64,000 bases of DNA from assembly GCF_020715685.1 (NCBI RefSeq), contig NZ_CP085840.1, positions 4,354,891 to 4,418,890 of the forward strand, in the 5' to 3' direction. Positions 19,705 through 29,069 of the stretch are shown in pieces (position 1 is the first letter of the stretch; the number at the start of each line of letters is the position of its first letter). The translations under genes were made by a program, and so were the position numbers. The notes below the pieces were generated by a model. That model searched no databases. It had not been told where the DNA came from and worked only from the letters and a program-made list of their open reading frames with translations. The stretch comes from Dermatobacter hominis. Its GTDB lineage: Bacteria; Actinomycetota; Acidimicrobiia; Acidimicrobiales; Microtrichaceae.

Positions 19705-20564
19705 GACCCGACGGTAGCCGGGGCGGTCTCGATCACCATCCCCCCGCGGGCCGCCACGACGTCGAGGTCGGCCCCGGCGAGGGCGGCGGCATCGCGCTCG
19801 ATCCGCTCGACCTCCTCGTCGGTCCGGGTCGGCCCGTGGTGGAACAGGACCAGCCGCTGCACCCCGGCGGCGCGGGCCAGCTCGATCGCCTGGTCCACCG
19901 TCGAGTGGCCGTAGCGCTGCGCCACCTCCGCCTCCGCCGAGGTGAACTGCGCGTCGTGCAGCAGCACGTCGCTGCCCTGGAGCCGGGCCACGAGCGTCGG
20001 GTCGGGACCGTCGGCGCGCGGGAGGTGGTCGGGGACGTACGCCACCGACCCGGCGCCCGGCTCCGCGATCCGGTAGCCGAAGGTGCGGCCGCCCTTGTGC
20101 GGGACCTCGAAGGCGTCGACGTCGAGGCCCTCGACGCGGTGGTGACCCGGTCCGATCCCGTGCCAGCGCCACGCGCCGAGGAGCCCGTCGGGGCCGATCG
20201 GGAAGTGCGGCGGCGACATCGCGCGCGCCATGACGTCGCGGGCGCACTCGCCCGTGCCGTCGTCGGGCGCCGGGAGGAGCACGTCGACCCGGGCATCGGC
20301 CCGGTCGCCCGCCGGCCAGAACGGCAGGCCGTGCGTGTGGTCCCAGTGCAGGTGCGTGAGCAGCACGGACCCACGGAACGGCGCGCCGCCCAGGAGCTGG
20401 CCCAGGCGTTGGAGGCCCGTACCGGCGTCGAGCACGACGGTCGGCGGTGCCGCGCCGTCGGTGCCCGCGCTGACGGCCACACACGAGGTGTGGCCGCCGA
20501 CGCCGGTGAACTCGGGACCGGGCGCCGGGGTCGAGCCCCGGACGCCGAGCAGGTGGATCCTCAA
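19659..20564 (-). CDS. MBL-fold metallo-hydrolase
   Basis: 301 aa; HLHWDHTHG (HxHxDH motif) plus downstream His/Asp ligands. Confidence 0.8.
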   Translation of the reverse strand: MRIHLLGVRGSTPAPGPEFTGVGGHTSCVAVSAGTDGAAPPTVVLDAGTGLQRLGQLLGGAPFRGSVLLTHLHWDHTHGLPFWPAGDRADARVDVLLPAPDDGTGECARDVMARAMSPPHFPIGPDGLLGAWRWHGIGPGHHRVEGLDVDAFEVPHKGGRTFGYRIAEPGAGSVAYVPDHLPRADGPDPTLVARLQGSDVLLHDAQFTSAEAEVAQRYGHSTVDQAIELARAAGVQRLVLFHHGPTRTDEEVERIERDAAALAGADLDVVAARGGMVIETAPATVGSWPTSLPTRTSPTAR

Positions 20565-21556
20565 GCGTCCTCCCGCCGGTGGCCAGCGGCGACCGCGGCC
20601 AGCGTCGAGCGGTCCAGGCGGTCCTCGGTCGTCACGGCCACCCTGATCCGGGTCCGGGCGTGCAGGGTGGAGGTCCGGCGGCCGTCCTCGAGCGAGGCGC
20701 GCTCGCCGACGATGGCGCCCGGGCCGACCTCGGCGATCGCCTCGCCGTCGACCTCGACGGCCAGCACGCCGTCGAGCAGGAGGTACACCTCGCCGTTGGC
20801 GCCGGCGCCCTGGCGGGTCAGGGTGGAGCCCGCCTCGATCGTCCGGACCTCGGGGCGGCCCCCGCCCATGATGTGCGAGGAGAGCTGGCGCTCCAGCGCC
20901 GTCTCCACCGCCGTCACCATCGCGGGCGTGTCACGGTCGCCCCACGGCGTGTGCGTGCCGAACGAGTGGCGGAACCACTCGTCGAAGTCGGCCAGCCCCG
21001 CCTTGGCGAAGAGCTCCATCTGGTCGTCGTAGACCCAGTGCCGGGGGAAGGTGCTGGCGCCGATGAGGTTGCGCTCGACCCGCCCGTCGGCGTGGATGAC
21101 CAGCTCCAGGGTCGTCCACACCGTCGGGGCCTCCCACTTCACGAACGGCGGGTGCGCCACCCGGCGGGGGCCGGGCAGGGCGGTGTGGCCGCCGGTCGTC
21201 TGCGTGAACCGCACGCTCGTGCCGCCGAGCTCCGGCTCGTTGCGGAGGTCGGGGAACGACACCGCTGCGAACGTGGCCGACCGCTTCCCGATGCGCACCG
21301 TGGTGGCGCCCATCAACCCGCCGCCGTCGTGGCCGGCGGCCACGATCCGACCGTCGACGACCTCCGCCCACGCCGACAGCCGGTTGCCGAACCGGAAGGC
21401 GTCGGCCTCCCGGAGGGCGTCGAGGTCGTCGACGTGGTCGGGGAGCGGGTCGTCGTAGTGGGTCACGCCGGAGGCGAACACCGCCTTGTTGATCGGGCCG
21501 GACACCGCCTCGGTGGGGATCCAGCTGAGCGAGGTGACGGACGATTCGATGCGCAT
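20561..21556 (-). CDS. protein with C-terminal cyclic-nucleotide-binding (cNMP) domain and uncharacterised ~230-aa N-terminal domain
   Basis: 331 aa; C-term GEVYLLLDGVLAVEVDGEAIAEVGPGAIVGERASLEDGRRTSTLHARTRIRV matches CAP/PKA-type cNMP-binding beta-roll (GE...R.A motif); N-terminal domain has no family I can name. Confidence 0.6.
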   Translation of the reverse strand: MRIESSVTSLSWIPTEAVSGPINKAVFASGVTHYDDPLPDHVDDLDALREADAFRFGNRLSAWAEVVDGRIVAAGHDGGGLMGATTVRIGKRSATFAAVSFPDLRNEPELGGTSVRFTQTTGGHTALPGPRRVAHPPFVKWEAPTVWTTLELVIHADGRVERNLIGASTFPRHWVYDDQMELFAKAGLADFDEWFRHSFGTHTPWGDRDTPAMVTAVETALERQLSSHIMGGGRPEVRTIEAGSTLTRQGAGANGEVYLLLDGVLAVEVDGEAIAEVGPGAIVGERASLEDGRRTSTLHARTRIRVAVTTEDRLDRSTLAAVAAGHRREDA

Positions 21557-21611
21557 CGGGGGCCTCCTGGGACTGCTGCGGGCGTGCGGGTGGTGGGTGG
21601 GGCGGACGGGC

Positions 21612-22439
21612 TCAGCCGACGGTGAACTCGCCGACCATCCCCTGCATGGCGTGGGGCATGCCCTCGGGCTCGGCGCCGGAGGTCATCATCTGCTCCATCG
21701 CCGCAGGGGTCATGCCGGTGGGGATGAAGCAGACGGCGATGTACCGGCCGTCGGTCGTGTCGAGCAGCGCGCCGCCCGAGCCGCCCGGCATGGCGAAGCC
21801 GCTGCTGAGGAACTCGACCTTCTCGCCGGCCTGCTCCTCGGGGAGCTGGATCAGCTCCTCGGCGCTCTCCGTGACGCCGTCCTTGGCCTTGGCGAACGCG
21901 ATCTCGTGGACCTCGTTGCCGTGGTTGGTGAGGCGGACGATCGTCCGGCCGGGCTTCGCCGTCTCGGGCAGGCCCTCGAAGGCGTACTCGTGGGCCTCCA
22001 CGTCGATGACCTGGTAGTCGCAGTTGTCGGCCATCCAGTCGACGAGGTCGGCGAACGACGAGAGGAACTCGTCCGACGGCGGGCCGGGGTTGGTGAACAT
22101 GGCCTCGGTCGCGTCGACGACGGCGGTGGCGGTGGCCTCGGCCTCGGCCGGGGCGGCCTCCTCGAGGGCGGTCAGCTCGGTCTTCGCCTTCTCGACGGCG
22201 GCCTCGTCGGGGCCCTGCTCACCGGCGCTGCTGTTCGCCGCGTTCACGGCGGCGTCGGTGGTGAAGGCCTGCTCGCAGAAGCCCTCGACCGACGCCGTGG
22301 CCGCCGTGGCCTCGGTCGTGGTGGTCGAATCGGCCTTCTCGTCGTCGCCGCAGGCCGCCAGGGGCAGCAGTGCGACGGTCGCGCCGAGCACGGCGGCCAC
22401 CGTGCGGGTGCGGGATCGGCGAGGGGTGCGTGCGCTCAT
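21612..22439 (-). CDS. Met-rich cupredoxin-like lipoprotein (paralogue of 1077..1607)
   Basis: ATG at 22439 within ORF 21612..23981; signal + lipobox LLPLAACGDDE; C-term HEYAFEGLPE...NEVHEIAF...GRYIAVCFIPTGMTPAAMEQMMTSGAEPEGMPHAMQGM aligns with the 1077..1607 protein (EYEWSGLPE...EAHEITIF...GEYEVVCFFP...HFGHGM); Met-rich stretch suggests Cu(I) handling. Confidence 0.6.
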   Translation of the reverse strand: MSARTPRRSRTRTVAAVLGATVALLPLAACGDDEKADSTTTTEATAATASVEGFCEQAFTTDAAVNAANSSAGEQGPDEAAVEKAKTELTALEEAAPAEAEATATAVVDATEAMFTNPGPPSDEFLSSFADLVDWMADNCDYQVIDVEAHEYAFEGLPETAKPGRTIVRLTNHGNEVHEIAFAKAKDGVTESAEELIQLPEEQAGEKVEFLSSGFAMPGGSGGALLDTTDGRYIAVCFIPTGMTPAAMEQMMTSGAEPEGMPHAMQGMVGEFTVG

Positions 22440-22625
22440 CTGGGTGTGTCTCCATCCGTCGTGGCCGCCTCGGTGCGGCCCTCGTGTTCGATGTGTCGAA
22501 CGTACGGGCGAGCACCGCTGCGGCGACACGGTGGAGGCGGGTGTCCTCGGGGGGTGCCAGCACCCCCGGCACGCTTCGTGGTGGACACCTTCCTGCGGAC
22601 CGCCCGGATCGGCTGAGATGTCAGG

Positions 22626-24023
22626 GTGGACCTGACCGAGACGGCCGATCACCCCGCCGCCGGCGCCGCCGACCCGGGCGACGCCGCCACCCGCGAGCGC
22701 GCCATCACCGTCCTGCTCGCGGACGACAACCTGATCGTGCGCGAGGGCGTTCGGGCGCTGCTCGGGCTCGAGGACGACATCGAGGTGGTCGGGGTCGCCG
22801 CCGACCTCGACGAGCTGGTGGCCACCGCCGACGAGCTGGTGCCCCAGGTCGTGGTGACCGACATCCGGATGCCGCCGAACTTCCAGGACGAGGGCATCGA
22901 GGGCGCCAAGGAGGTGCGCAAGCGCCACCCCGGCACCGGCATCGTGGTGCTGTCGCAGTACGACGAGCCCGAGTACGCGATCTCGCTGCTCGCCCAGGGC
23001 GCCGCGAGCTCGGCCTACCTGCTCAAGGACCGCATCGGCGACGGCAACCAGCTGGCCCGGGCGATCCGGGAGGTCGCGACCGGCGGCTCGATGCTCGACC
23101 CGCAGATCGTGCAGGCGCTGGTGGCGCCGGTGACCGACGAGGCCGCCCTGACGCCCGCCGAGGAGGCGCTGCTGCAGCAGGTCGCCGAGGGGCGTCCGGT
23201 CAAGGCGATCGCCGCTGCGACCTCGACCACCCCCGAGGCGGTGAACGACGCCGTCGAGGACCTCTTCCTCAAGCTGGCCCGCGGCGCGAGCGCCGGCCGT
23301 GTCGGCGCGCTGCGCCGGCTCCGGCTCCTCCAGAAGGCGATCATCGACCGCGAGGAGCAGGGCGAGACGCTCAGCCGGATGCTGCCGGGCGGCCTGGCCG
23401 ACAAGCTGCGCGAGGACGTCGGGGCCGCCGAGCGGACCGAGCGCCTGGACGTGACCGTCCTGATGTCGGACGTCCGCGGCTACTCCGCCATCGCCGAGCG
23501 GACGGACCCGACCGTGCTCGCCGGGCAGCTCGACGAACACCGGGCGGCCATGAACGACGCGATCCTCGCCCAGAGCGGGACCGTGATGCAGTACGTCGGC
23601 GACGCGGTGATGGCCGTGTTCGGCGCCCCGTTCCCCGTCGACGACCACGCCGGGGCCGCCGTGCGGGCCGCCGTCGCGATGCACGAGCGCCAGCAGGCGA
23701 TCGACGAGCGCTGGTCCGGCGAGGGTCGAGCGCCGTTCGGGCTCGGGATCGGGCTGTCGACCGGCGAGGTCGCCGCTGCGATGCTGGGCAGCGAGGAGCG
23801 CTACGAGTACACCCTCGTCGGCGACACGGTGAACCTGGCGCAGCGGCTCCAGGACCTCGCCCGGCCCGCCGGGACGACGGTGCTGAGCGACGCGACCCGG
23901 GTCGCCGTCGCGGGTGACTGGACCACGGAGGAGCTCCCGGTCCAGCGGGTCAAGGGACGGGACGCACCGGTGCGGTGCCACCGTCTCGTCGGGGCGGTGG
24001 ACCGGATCACGGAGGTGCGGTGA
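22626..24023 (+). CDS. response regulator fusion: REC + LuxR-type HTH + class III adenylate/guanylate cyclase domain
   Basis: 465 aa; REC: ITVLLADDNLIVREGV...VVVTDIRMPP (phospho-Asp context); HTH: LTPAEEALLQQVAEGRPVKAIAAATSTTPEAVNDAVEDLFLKL; cyclase: VTVLMSDVRGYS...QYVGDAVMAVFGAP...GLGIGLSTGEV...TLVGDTVNLAQRLQ (metal Asp residues and catalytic Asn/Arg region present). Confidence 0.8.
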   Translation: MDLTETADHPAAGAADPGDAATRERAITVLLADDNLIVREGVRALLGLEDDIEVVGVAADLDELVATADELVPQVVVTDIRMPPNFQDEGIEGAKEVRKRHPGTGIVVLSQYDEPEYAISLLAQGAASSAYLLKDRIGDGNQLARAIREVATGGSMLDPQIVQALVAPVTDEAALTPAEEALLQQVAEGRPVKAIAAATSTTPEAVNDAVEDLFLKLARGASAGRVGALRRLRLLQKAIIDREEQGETLSRMLPGGLADKLREDVGAAERTERLDVTVLMSDVRGYSAIAERTDPTVLAGQLDEHRAAMNDAILAQSGTVMQYVGDAVMAVFGAPFPVDDHAGAAVRAAVAMHERQQAIDERWSGEGRAPFGLGIGLSTGEVAAAMLGSEERYEYTLVGDTVNLAQRLQDLARPAGTTVLSDATRVAVAGDWTTEELPVQRVKGRDAPVRCHRLVGAVDRITEVR

Positions 24024-24772
24024 TGAGCGAGACGTTGGTGGAGGGTGCGGAGGACGACGGCGTCGCCCGCCCGGGGTCGACCGGGCCGGCGGTGCTGACC
24101 GTGCGCGGCGTGCGCCGGACCTTCGAGGCCGAGCTCGCGCCCGTCCGGGCCCTGCGCGGCGTCGACGTCCAGGTGGCCGCCGGCGAGTTCGTCGGGGTGA
24201 TGGGGCCCTCGGGCTGCGGCAAGTCCACGCTGCTCAACCTCGTCGCGGGGCTCGACATCGCGGACGAGGGCACGATCCTGATCGGCGACGAGGAGATCAC
24301 CGGCCGGGACGAGGACTGGCTCGCCCGCATGCGTCGCCGCCACATCGGGATCGTCTTCCAGTTCTTCAACCTGCTCGAGGGCATGACGGCGCTCGAGAAC
24401 GTCGTGCTGCCCGCGGTCATCTCCGGTCGCATGAAGCGGCGGGCGGCCGAGAGCCGGGCCCGTGACCTCCTCGACCTGCTCGGGCTCGGCGACAAGACCG
24501 GCGAGGTGCCGGCGGTCCTCTCGGGCGGTCAGCGGCAGCGACTCGCGATCGCACGGGCGCTCGCCAACGAGCCGACGCTGCTGCTCGCCGACGAGCCGAC
24601 CGGCGCCCTCGACAGCGACGGCGGGCGCGAGGTGCTCGAGCTCTTCCGGCGCCTCCACGACGAGGGCCAGACGATCATCATGGTGACGCACTCCGCCGAC
24701 GTCGCCAGCGGCTCGGACCGCGTCCTGCACATGCGCGACGGCCGCATCGAGCGCGAGGAGGTGCCGTCCTGA
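24023..24772 (+). CDS. ABC transporter ATP-binding protein (MacB/LolD-like), no cognate permease adjacent
   Basis: 249 aa; Walker A GPSGCGKSTLLNLVAGLD, signature LSGGQRQRLAIARAL, Walker B LLLADEPTGALD; start overlaps upstream stop by 1 nt. Confidence 0.9.
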   Translation: MSETLVEGAEDDGVARPGSTGPAVLTVRGVRRTFEAELAPVRALRGVDVQVAAGEFVGVMGPSGCGKSTLLNLVAGLDIADEGTILIGDEEITGRDEDWLARMRRRHIGIVFQFFNLLEGMTALENVVLPAVISGRMKRRAAESRARDLLDLLGLGDKTGEVPAVLSGGQRQRLAIARALANEPTLLLADEPTGALDSDGGREVLELFRRLHDEGQTIIMVTHSADVASGSDRVLHMRDGRIEREEVPS

Positions 24773-24876
24773 CCACCTCCGCCGTCACCGAGCGCTCGCC
24801 GCACCCGAGCCGCGCTGCGACGGTCGAGGCCGCGCCCGCGACGTCGACGTCGCCGGCCCGGGTCGCGGCCACGGCG

Positions 24877-26895
24877 GTGCTGGCGGTCGTCGCCGTGGCG
24901 CTGGCCGTGGTCGCCGCGACCCGGCTCGACGTCGAGGGCCGCGTCGCCGCCGGCGTCATCGGCGCCTGGGCCGCGCTCGGCCTCTGGACGGCGCTGCGCC
25001 GGCCGGCGGAGCCGGTCGGGCTCCTGGCCGTCGCAGCCTCGATGGTGGGGGCGGCCACGCTGCTCGCCCTCTCCGACGACGGATCCGACGTGGCCGAGGT
25101 CGTCGTGGCGCTCAGCCAGGCGATCGGACCCGCACTGCTGTTCCAGCTCGCGTCCTCGCTGCCGACGGGCCGGCTCGCCCGGCGGCCGCGCCACCGCACC
25201 GCCGTGATCGTGGCCTGGGCCTCCGCCGCCGTCGTGGCCGTGGTCGGCGTGGCGGCGCGCCCCGATCCGCCCGTCGCCCTGATCGTCGCGTGGCTCGCGG
25301 TGCTCGGCGTCGCTGCGCTCGTCCTCTTCGTGACGACCTGCCGCCGGGCGGGGCCGCGTGACCGGGCGCGCCTGCAGTGGGACGGCTGGGGCGTGCTCGT
25401 GGCCGCCACCGTCGCGCTGGCGGCGTGGGCGCTCGACGCCCTCACCGGGTGGCCCGCGACGCCGTCGCTGGTGGCGGCCGTCGCCACCGTGGCGGTGCCC
25501 GTCGGGTTCCTGGCCGCGACGTCCGAGCCGGCCCTGGCACGGGTGGACCGGGTGCTCGTCCACACCATCGTGACCATCGGGCTCGTGGCGCTCGTGGTGT
25601 GCGTCTACGTCGTGGTCGTCCTGGGCCTCCAGGGCACGCCGAGCGACGAGGCCCGGTCGGTCCTCGGGCTGTCGCTCGTCGCCGCTGCGATCGCGGCGGC
25701 GCTGAGCTTCCCGGCGCGCCGTCGCCTCGAGGAGTTCGCCAACCAGCGCGTCTACGGCGAGCGCAGCGCGCCCGACGAGGCGCTGCGCACATTCGCCACC
25801 CGCATGTCGCGCTCCGTGCCGATGGACGAGCTCCTGCGCCAGCTGGCCGAATCGCTGCGGAAGTCGATGGGCGTGGCCCGCGCCGAGGTCTGGACCGGTA
25901 CGAGCGGCCACCTCGAACGACAGGTCTCGGTGCCCGATGCGGGTGCGGCCGAGGTGACGCTCGAGGGCGAGGAGCTCGCGGTCGCCAGCCGCACCCACGT
26001 CGCGGGCAACGGCTGGTTGGCCGTGTGGATCCCGGCACTGCTGGCCGGGCGCGGCGACCGGGTGCTGCGCGTGGCCCCGGTGGCGCACCTCGGCGAGCTG
26101 CTGGGCCTGCTCGTCGTGGAGCGGACCCAGGAGGACACGGCCTTCGACGAGGAGGACGACCGGGTGCTCGCGGACCTGGCCCGCCAGGTGGGCCTGGCGC
26201 TGCACAACGTCCGCCTGGACTCGGCGCTGCAGGACAGCCTCGAGCAGCTCCAGCTGCGCAACGAGCAGCTGGTCGCCTCGCGCGCCCGCATCGTGTCGGC
26301 CGCCGACGAGTCCCGGCGGGCGATCGAGCGCAACCTCCACGACGGCGCCCAGCAGCACCTGGTCGCGATGGCGGTGAAGGTCGGCCTCGTCCGCCAGGTC
26401 ATGGCGAAGGACCCGGACGCCGCCTCGGCGATGCTCGAGGAGCTGCGCGAGGACGTGCAGGTCACCGTCGGGGAGCTGCGGGAGCTGGCCCACGGCATCT
26501 ACCCGCCGCTGCTCCGCGACCGGGGCCTGCCCGAGGCGCTCCGCACCGCCGCCAACCGGGCCGCGCTCCCGACCGACGTGGTCGTCGCCGAGGACCTCGG
26601 CCGGTTCCCGACCGACCTCGAGGCCGCCGTCTACTTCTGCTGCCTCGAGGCCATGCAGAACGCCGGCAAGCACGCCGGCGAGGGCGCCGAGGTCACCGTG
26701 ACGATCGTCCGCGCCGACCACGAGCTGCGCTTCGCCGTGGCCGACGACGGCGTGGGCTTCGTCGTCGGCGACCGCCCCGAGGGCCACGGCTTCGTGAACA
26801 TGGAGGACCGGCTCGGCGCCATGGGCGGCCGCCTCGAGGTCGAGTCGGCCCCCGGCCGGGGCACGACGGTCCGCGGCACGATCCCGATCGACTGA
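24877..26895 (+). CDS. polytopic membrane sensor histidine kinase (multi-TM N-term, GAF-like, HisKA_3, HATPase_c)
   Basis: 672 aa; ~300 aa N-terminal region with >=7 hydrophobic segments; HisKA_3 box RRAIERNLHDGAQQHLVAMAV; HATPase FCCLEAMQNAGKHAGE...DDGVGF...GHGFVNMEDRLGAMGGRLEVESAPGRGTTV. Start may lie further upstream (to 24769). Confidence 0.85.
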   Translation: MLAVVAVALAVVAATRLDVEGRVAAGVIGAWAALGLWTALRRPAEPVGLLAVAASMVGAATLLALSDDGSDVAEVVVALSQAIGPALLFQLASSLPTGRLARRPRHRTAVIVAWASAAVVAVVGVAARPDPPVALIVAWLAVLGVAALVLFVTTCRRAGPRDRARLQWDGWGVLVAATVALAAWALDALTGWPATPSLVAAVATVAVPVGFLAATSEPALARVDRVLVHTIVTIGLVALVVCVYVVVVLGLQGTPSDEARSVLGLSLVAAAIAAALSFPARRRLEEFANQRVYGERSAPDEALRTFATRMSRSVPMDELLRQLAESLRKSMGVARAEVWTGTSGHLERQVSVPDAGAAEVTLEGEELAVASRTHVAGNGWLAVWIPALLAGRGDRVLRVAPVAHLGELLGLLVVERTQEDTAFDEEDDRVLADLARQVGLALHNVRLDSALQDSLEQLQLRNEQLVASRARIVSAADESRRAIERNLHDGAQQHLVAMAVKVGLVRQVMAKDPDAASAMLEELREDVQVTVGELRELAHGIYPPLLRDRGLPEALRTAANRAALPTDVVVAEDLGRFPTDLEAAVYFCCLEAMQNAGKHAGEGAEVTVTIVRADHELRFAVADDGVGFVVGDRPEGHGFVNMEDRLGAMGGRLEVESAPGRGTTVRGTIPID

Positions 26896-26946
26896 CCGCC
26901 GCCCCCCGACCCGTCGGCTGGGACCGGACGGGTCCCGTCCGGTCCG

Positions 26947-27369
26947 TCAGGAGGGGGCGTGCTCGTCCCAGACCTCGCGGAGCACGTCGGGGGACAGGTC
27001 CTCCTTGTGCACGTACCGGCGGGCCCCGCAGCTGCCGGCGTCGGCCGGCAGGTCCTCGGCCGTGTAGGTCGACATCAGCACCACCACCGTGTCGGGCGCG
27101 GCCTCGACGATCCGGCGGGTGGCCTCGATCCCGTTGATGCCCGGGAGGTTGATGTCCATGAGCACGAGGTCCGGTCGGGCGTCGGCCGCTCGGCCGACGG
27201 CGTCCTCGCCGGACTCGGCCTCGGCCACGACGGCGAACCCGTCGGCCAGCAGGACCACCGTGCGGGCGGTCGAGCGGAAGGTCGCCTGGTCGTCGACGAT
27301 CATCACGCCGACGTCGGTCGTCGGGGCGGGCTCAACGTCGATGTCGCGGTCCTCCTGCGTGCACGTCAC
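26947..27369 (-). CDS. stand-alone response-regulator receiver (REC) domain protein
   Basis: 140 aa; VMIVDDQATFRS...DLVLMDINLPGINGIEATRRIVEAAPDTVVVLMSTY; no output domain. Confidence 0.75.
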   Translation of the reverse strand: MTCTQEDRDIDVEPAPTTDVGVMIVDDQATFRSTARTVVLLADGFAVVAEAESGEDAVGRAADARPDLVLMDINLPGINGIEATRRIVEAAPDTVVVLMSTYTAEDLPADAGSCGARRYVHKEDLSPDVLREVWDEHAPS

Positions 27370-27466
27370 GACAGTAGGTTCGCGTCGTCACGGCCGGGTG
27401 CACATGGTGCAACCCGGTGGCGTGCCGGGGGTGCTGGCACCCCGCCCGATCCGGGTGGGCCGGCGA

Positions 27467-28135
27467 TCAGCCGCCCTGGTCCGCCAGGTACAGCAGGACG
27501 GCCTTCACACGGCGGTGCACGTCGGGCTCCGCGCCGAGCCCGAGCTTGGCGAACAGCGAGTTGATGTGCTTCTCGACCGCCCGTTCCGACAGCACGAGGG
27601 CCTCGGCCACCGCGGCGTTGTTCTTGCCCTGGGCGATCTCGGCGAGCACCTCGGTCTCGCGGGGCGTGAGGTCCCGCAGCGGCGACGCGGCCGAGCGGCT
27701 GCGGCCCGCGACCAGCGAGTCGACGACCTGCGGGTCGACCACCGAGCCGCCGTTCGCGACCTGGCGGATCGCGGCCATCAGGTGGTCCGGCTCCGAGATC
27801 CGCTCCTTGAGCAGGTAGGCCCGGCCGCGCGACCCCTGGTCGAGCAGGTCGACCGCGTACGCCGGCTCCACGTACTGCGAGAGCACGACCACGCCGGTTT
27901 CGGGCGCCGTCTCCCGGAGGGCGGTGGCGAACCGGATGCCCTCGTCGGTGCCGGTCGGCGGCATCCGGATGTCGGTGAGGACGACGTCGGGTCGGTGCTC
28001 CTCGACCGCCGCGTTGAGCTGGTCGAGGTCCTCGCACAGGGCGGCGACCTCGATGTCGTCCTGTGCGGCCAGCACCGCGGCGAGGCCCTCACGGACCAGC
28101 ATCGAGTCCTCCGCCACCACGACCCGGATCGCCAT
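27467..28135 (-). CDS. NarL/FixJ-family response regulator (REC + LuxR HTH)
   Basis: ATG at 28135 within ORF 27467..28927; IRVVVAEDSMLVREGLAAVLAAQDDIEVAALCEDLDQL...VVLTDIRMPP...LTPRETEVLAEIAQGKNNAAVAEALVLSERAVEKHINSLFAKLGL. REC domain is a close paralogue of the REC of the cyclase fusion at 22626. Confidence 0.9.
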   Translation of the reverse strand: MAIRVVVAEDSMLVREGLAAVLAAQDDIEVAALCEDLDQLNAAVEEHRPDVVLTDIRMPPTGTDEGIRFATALRETAPETGVVVLSQYVEPAYAVDLLDQGSRGRAYLLKERISEPDHLMAAIRQVANGGSVVDPQVVDSLVAGRSRSAASPLRDLTPRETEVLAEIAQGKNNAAVAEALVLSERAVEKHINSLFAKLGLGAEPDVHRRVKAVLLYLADQGG

Positions 28136-28190
28136 GGCGGGCGAGGATACTCGGGTCACGATCCGGCCTCGCCGCCCGTACGGTGTCGCC

Positions 28191-29036
28191 GTGACCCCCC
28201 GATCCGTCCGACTCATCGCGTGCGACATGGACGGGACGCTGCTCGGCGCCGACGGACTCGTCTCGGCACGCAACGGGGCGGCGCTCGCCGCTGCGCGCGA
28301 CGCCGGCATCGCCGTGGCGGTGGCCACCGGCCGGTCCCACCAGACCGCGCTGCGCCGACTGGGCGACGCCACCGCGATCGAGTGGGCGATCTGCTCGAAC
28401 GGCGCGCTCGAGATGGAGGTCGCCACCCGGCGCACCACCCGCGTCGACCCGCTGCCGGCGGCGGTCGTCGACGACGTCGTCGCCGAACTGGCCGCGCTCG
28501 ACGGCGTCGCGTACGCGTGGGAGGACGTCGAGCTCGGCCTCCGCTGCTCTCCCGAGTTCCTGCGCCGCCACCCGAGCATCGAGTCGGTCGTCGTGGACGA
28601 GGTGCCGGCGCCGACGTACCCCTCCGGGCCCCAGATCAAGATCATGGTCTCGCTGGCCGACCGGGTCCGCCTGGCCGCGGTCGAGGCCGTCTCGCCGCTG
28701 CTGCCCGACGGGGTCGAGGTGGCCACGTCGGGCTCGTTGTTCACGGAGCTGACCGCCCACGGCGTCGACAAGGCCTTCGGCGTCGCGCACCTGGCCGACC
28801 GGCTCGGGATCGACCGGTCCGAGGTGCTCGCGTTCGGCGACAACCACAACGACGTGCCGATGCTGCGCTGGGCCGGCACCGCCGTCGCCATGGGCAACGC
28901 GGACCCAACGGCGCTGGCCGTGACCACCGAGCGGACGCTGCGCCACGACGAGGACGGCGTCGCCGCCTACGTCGAGGCGGTGCTCGATCGGAAACCCGGT
29001 GGCGACGACCTCGATCCCGCGACGATCCTGCCGTGA
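28191..29036 (+). CDS. Cof-type HAD-IIB family hydrolase
   Basis: GTG at 28191 within ORF 27924..29036; IACDMDGTLL (DxDGT motif I), GDNHNDVPML (motif IV). Confidence 0.8.
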   Translation: MTPRSVRLIACDMDGTLLGADGLVSARNGAALAAARDAGIAVAVATGRSHQTALRRLGDATAIEWAICSNGALEMEVATRRTTRVDPLPAAVVDDVVAELAALDGVAYAWEDVELGLRCSPEFLRRHPSIESVVVDEVPAPTYPSGPQIKIMVSLADRVRLAAVEAVSPLLPDGVEVATSGSLFTELTAHGVDKAFGVAHLADRLGIDRSEVLAFGDNHNDVPMLRWAGTAVAMGNADPTALAVTTERTLRHDEDGVAAYVEAVLDRKPGGDDLDPATILP

Positions 29037-29069
29037 TGAGCGCGTTCACGATCATGGTGGTCCGCCACC

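Noticed and set aside
22370-23917. 515-aa Arg-rich ORF overlapping the response-regulator/cyclase gene
   Set aside because: It is a GC-frame artefact with no domain content.
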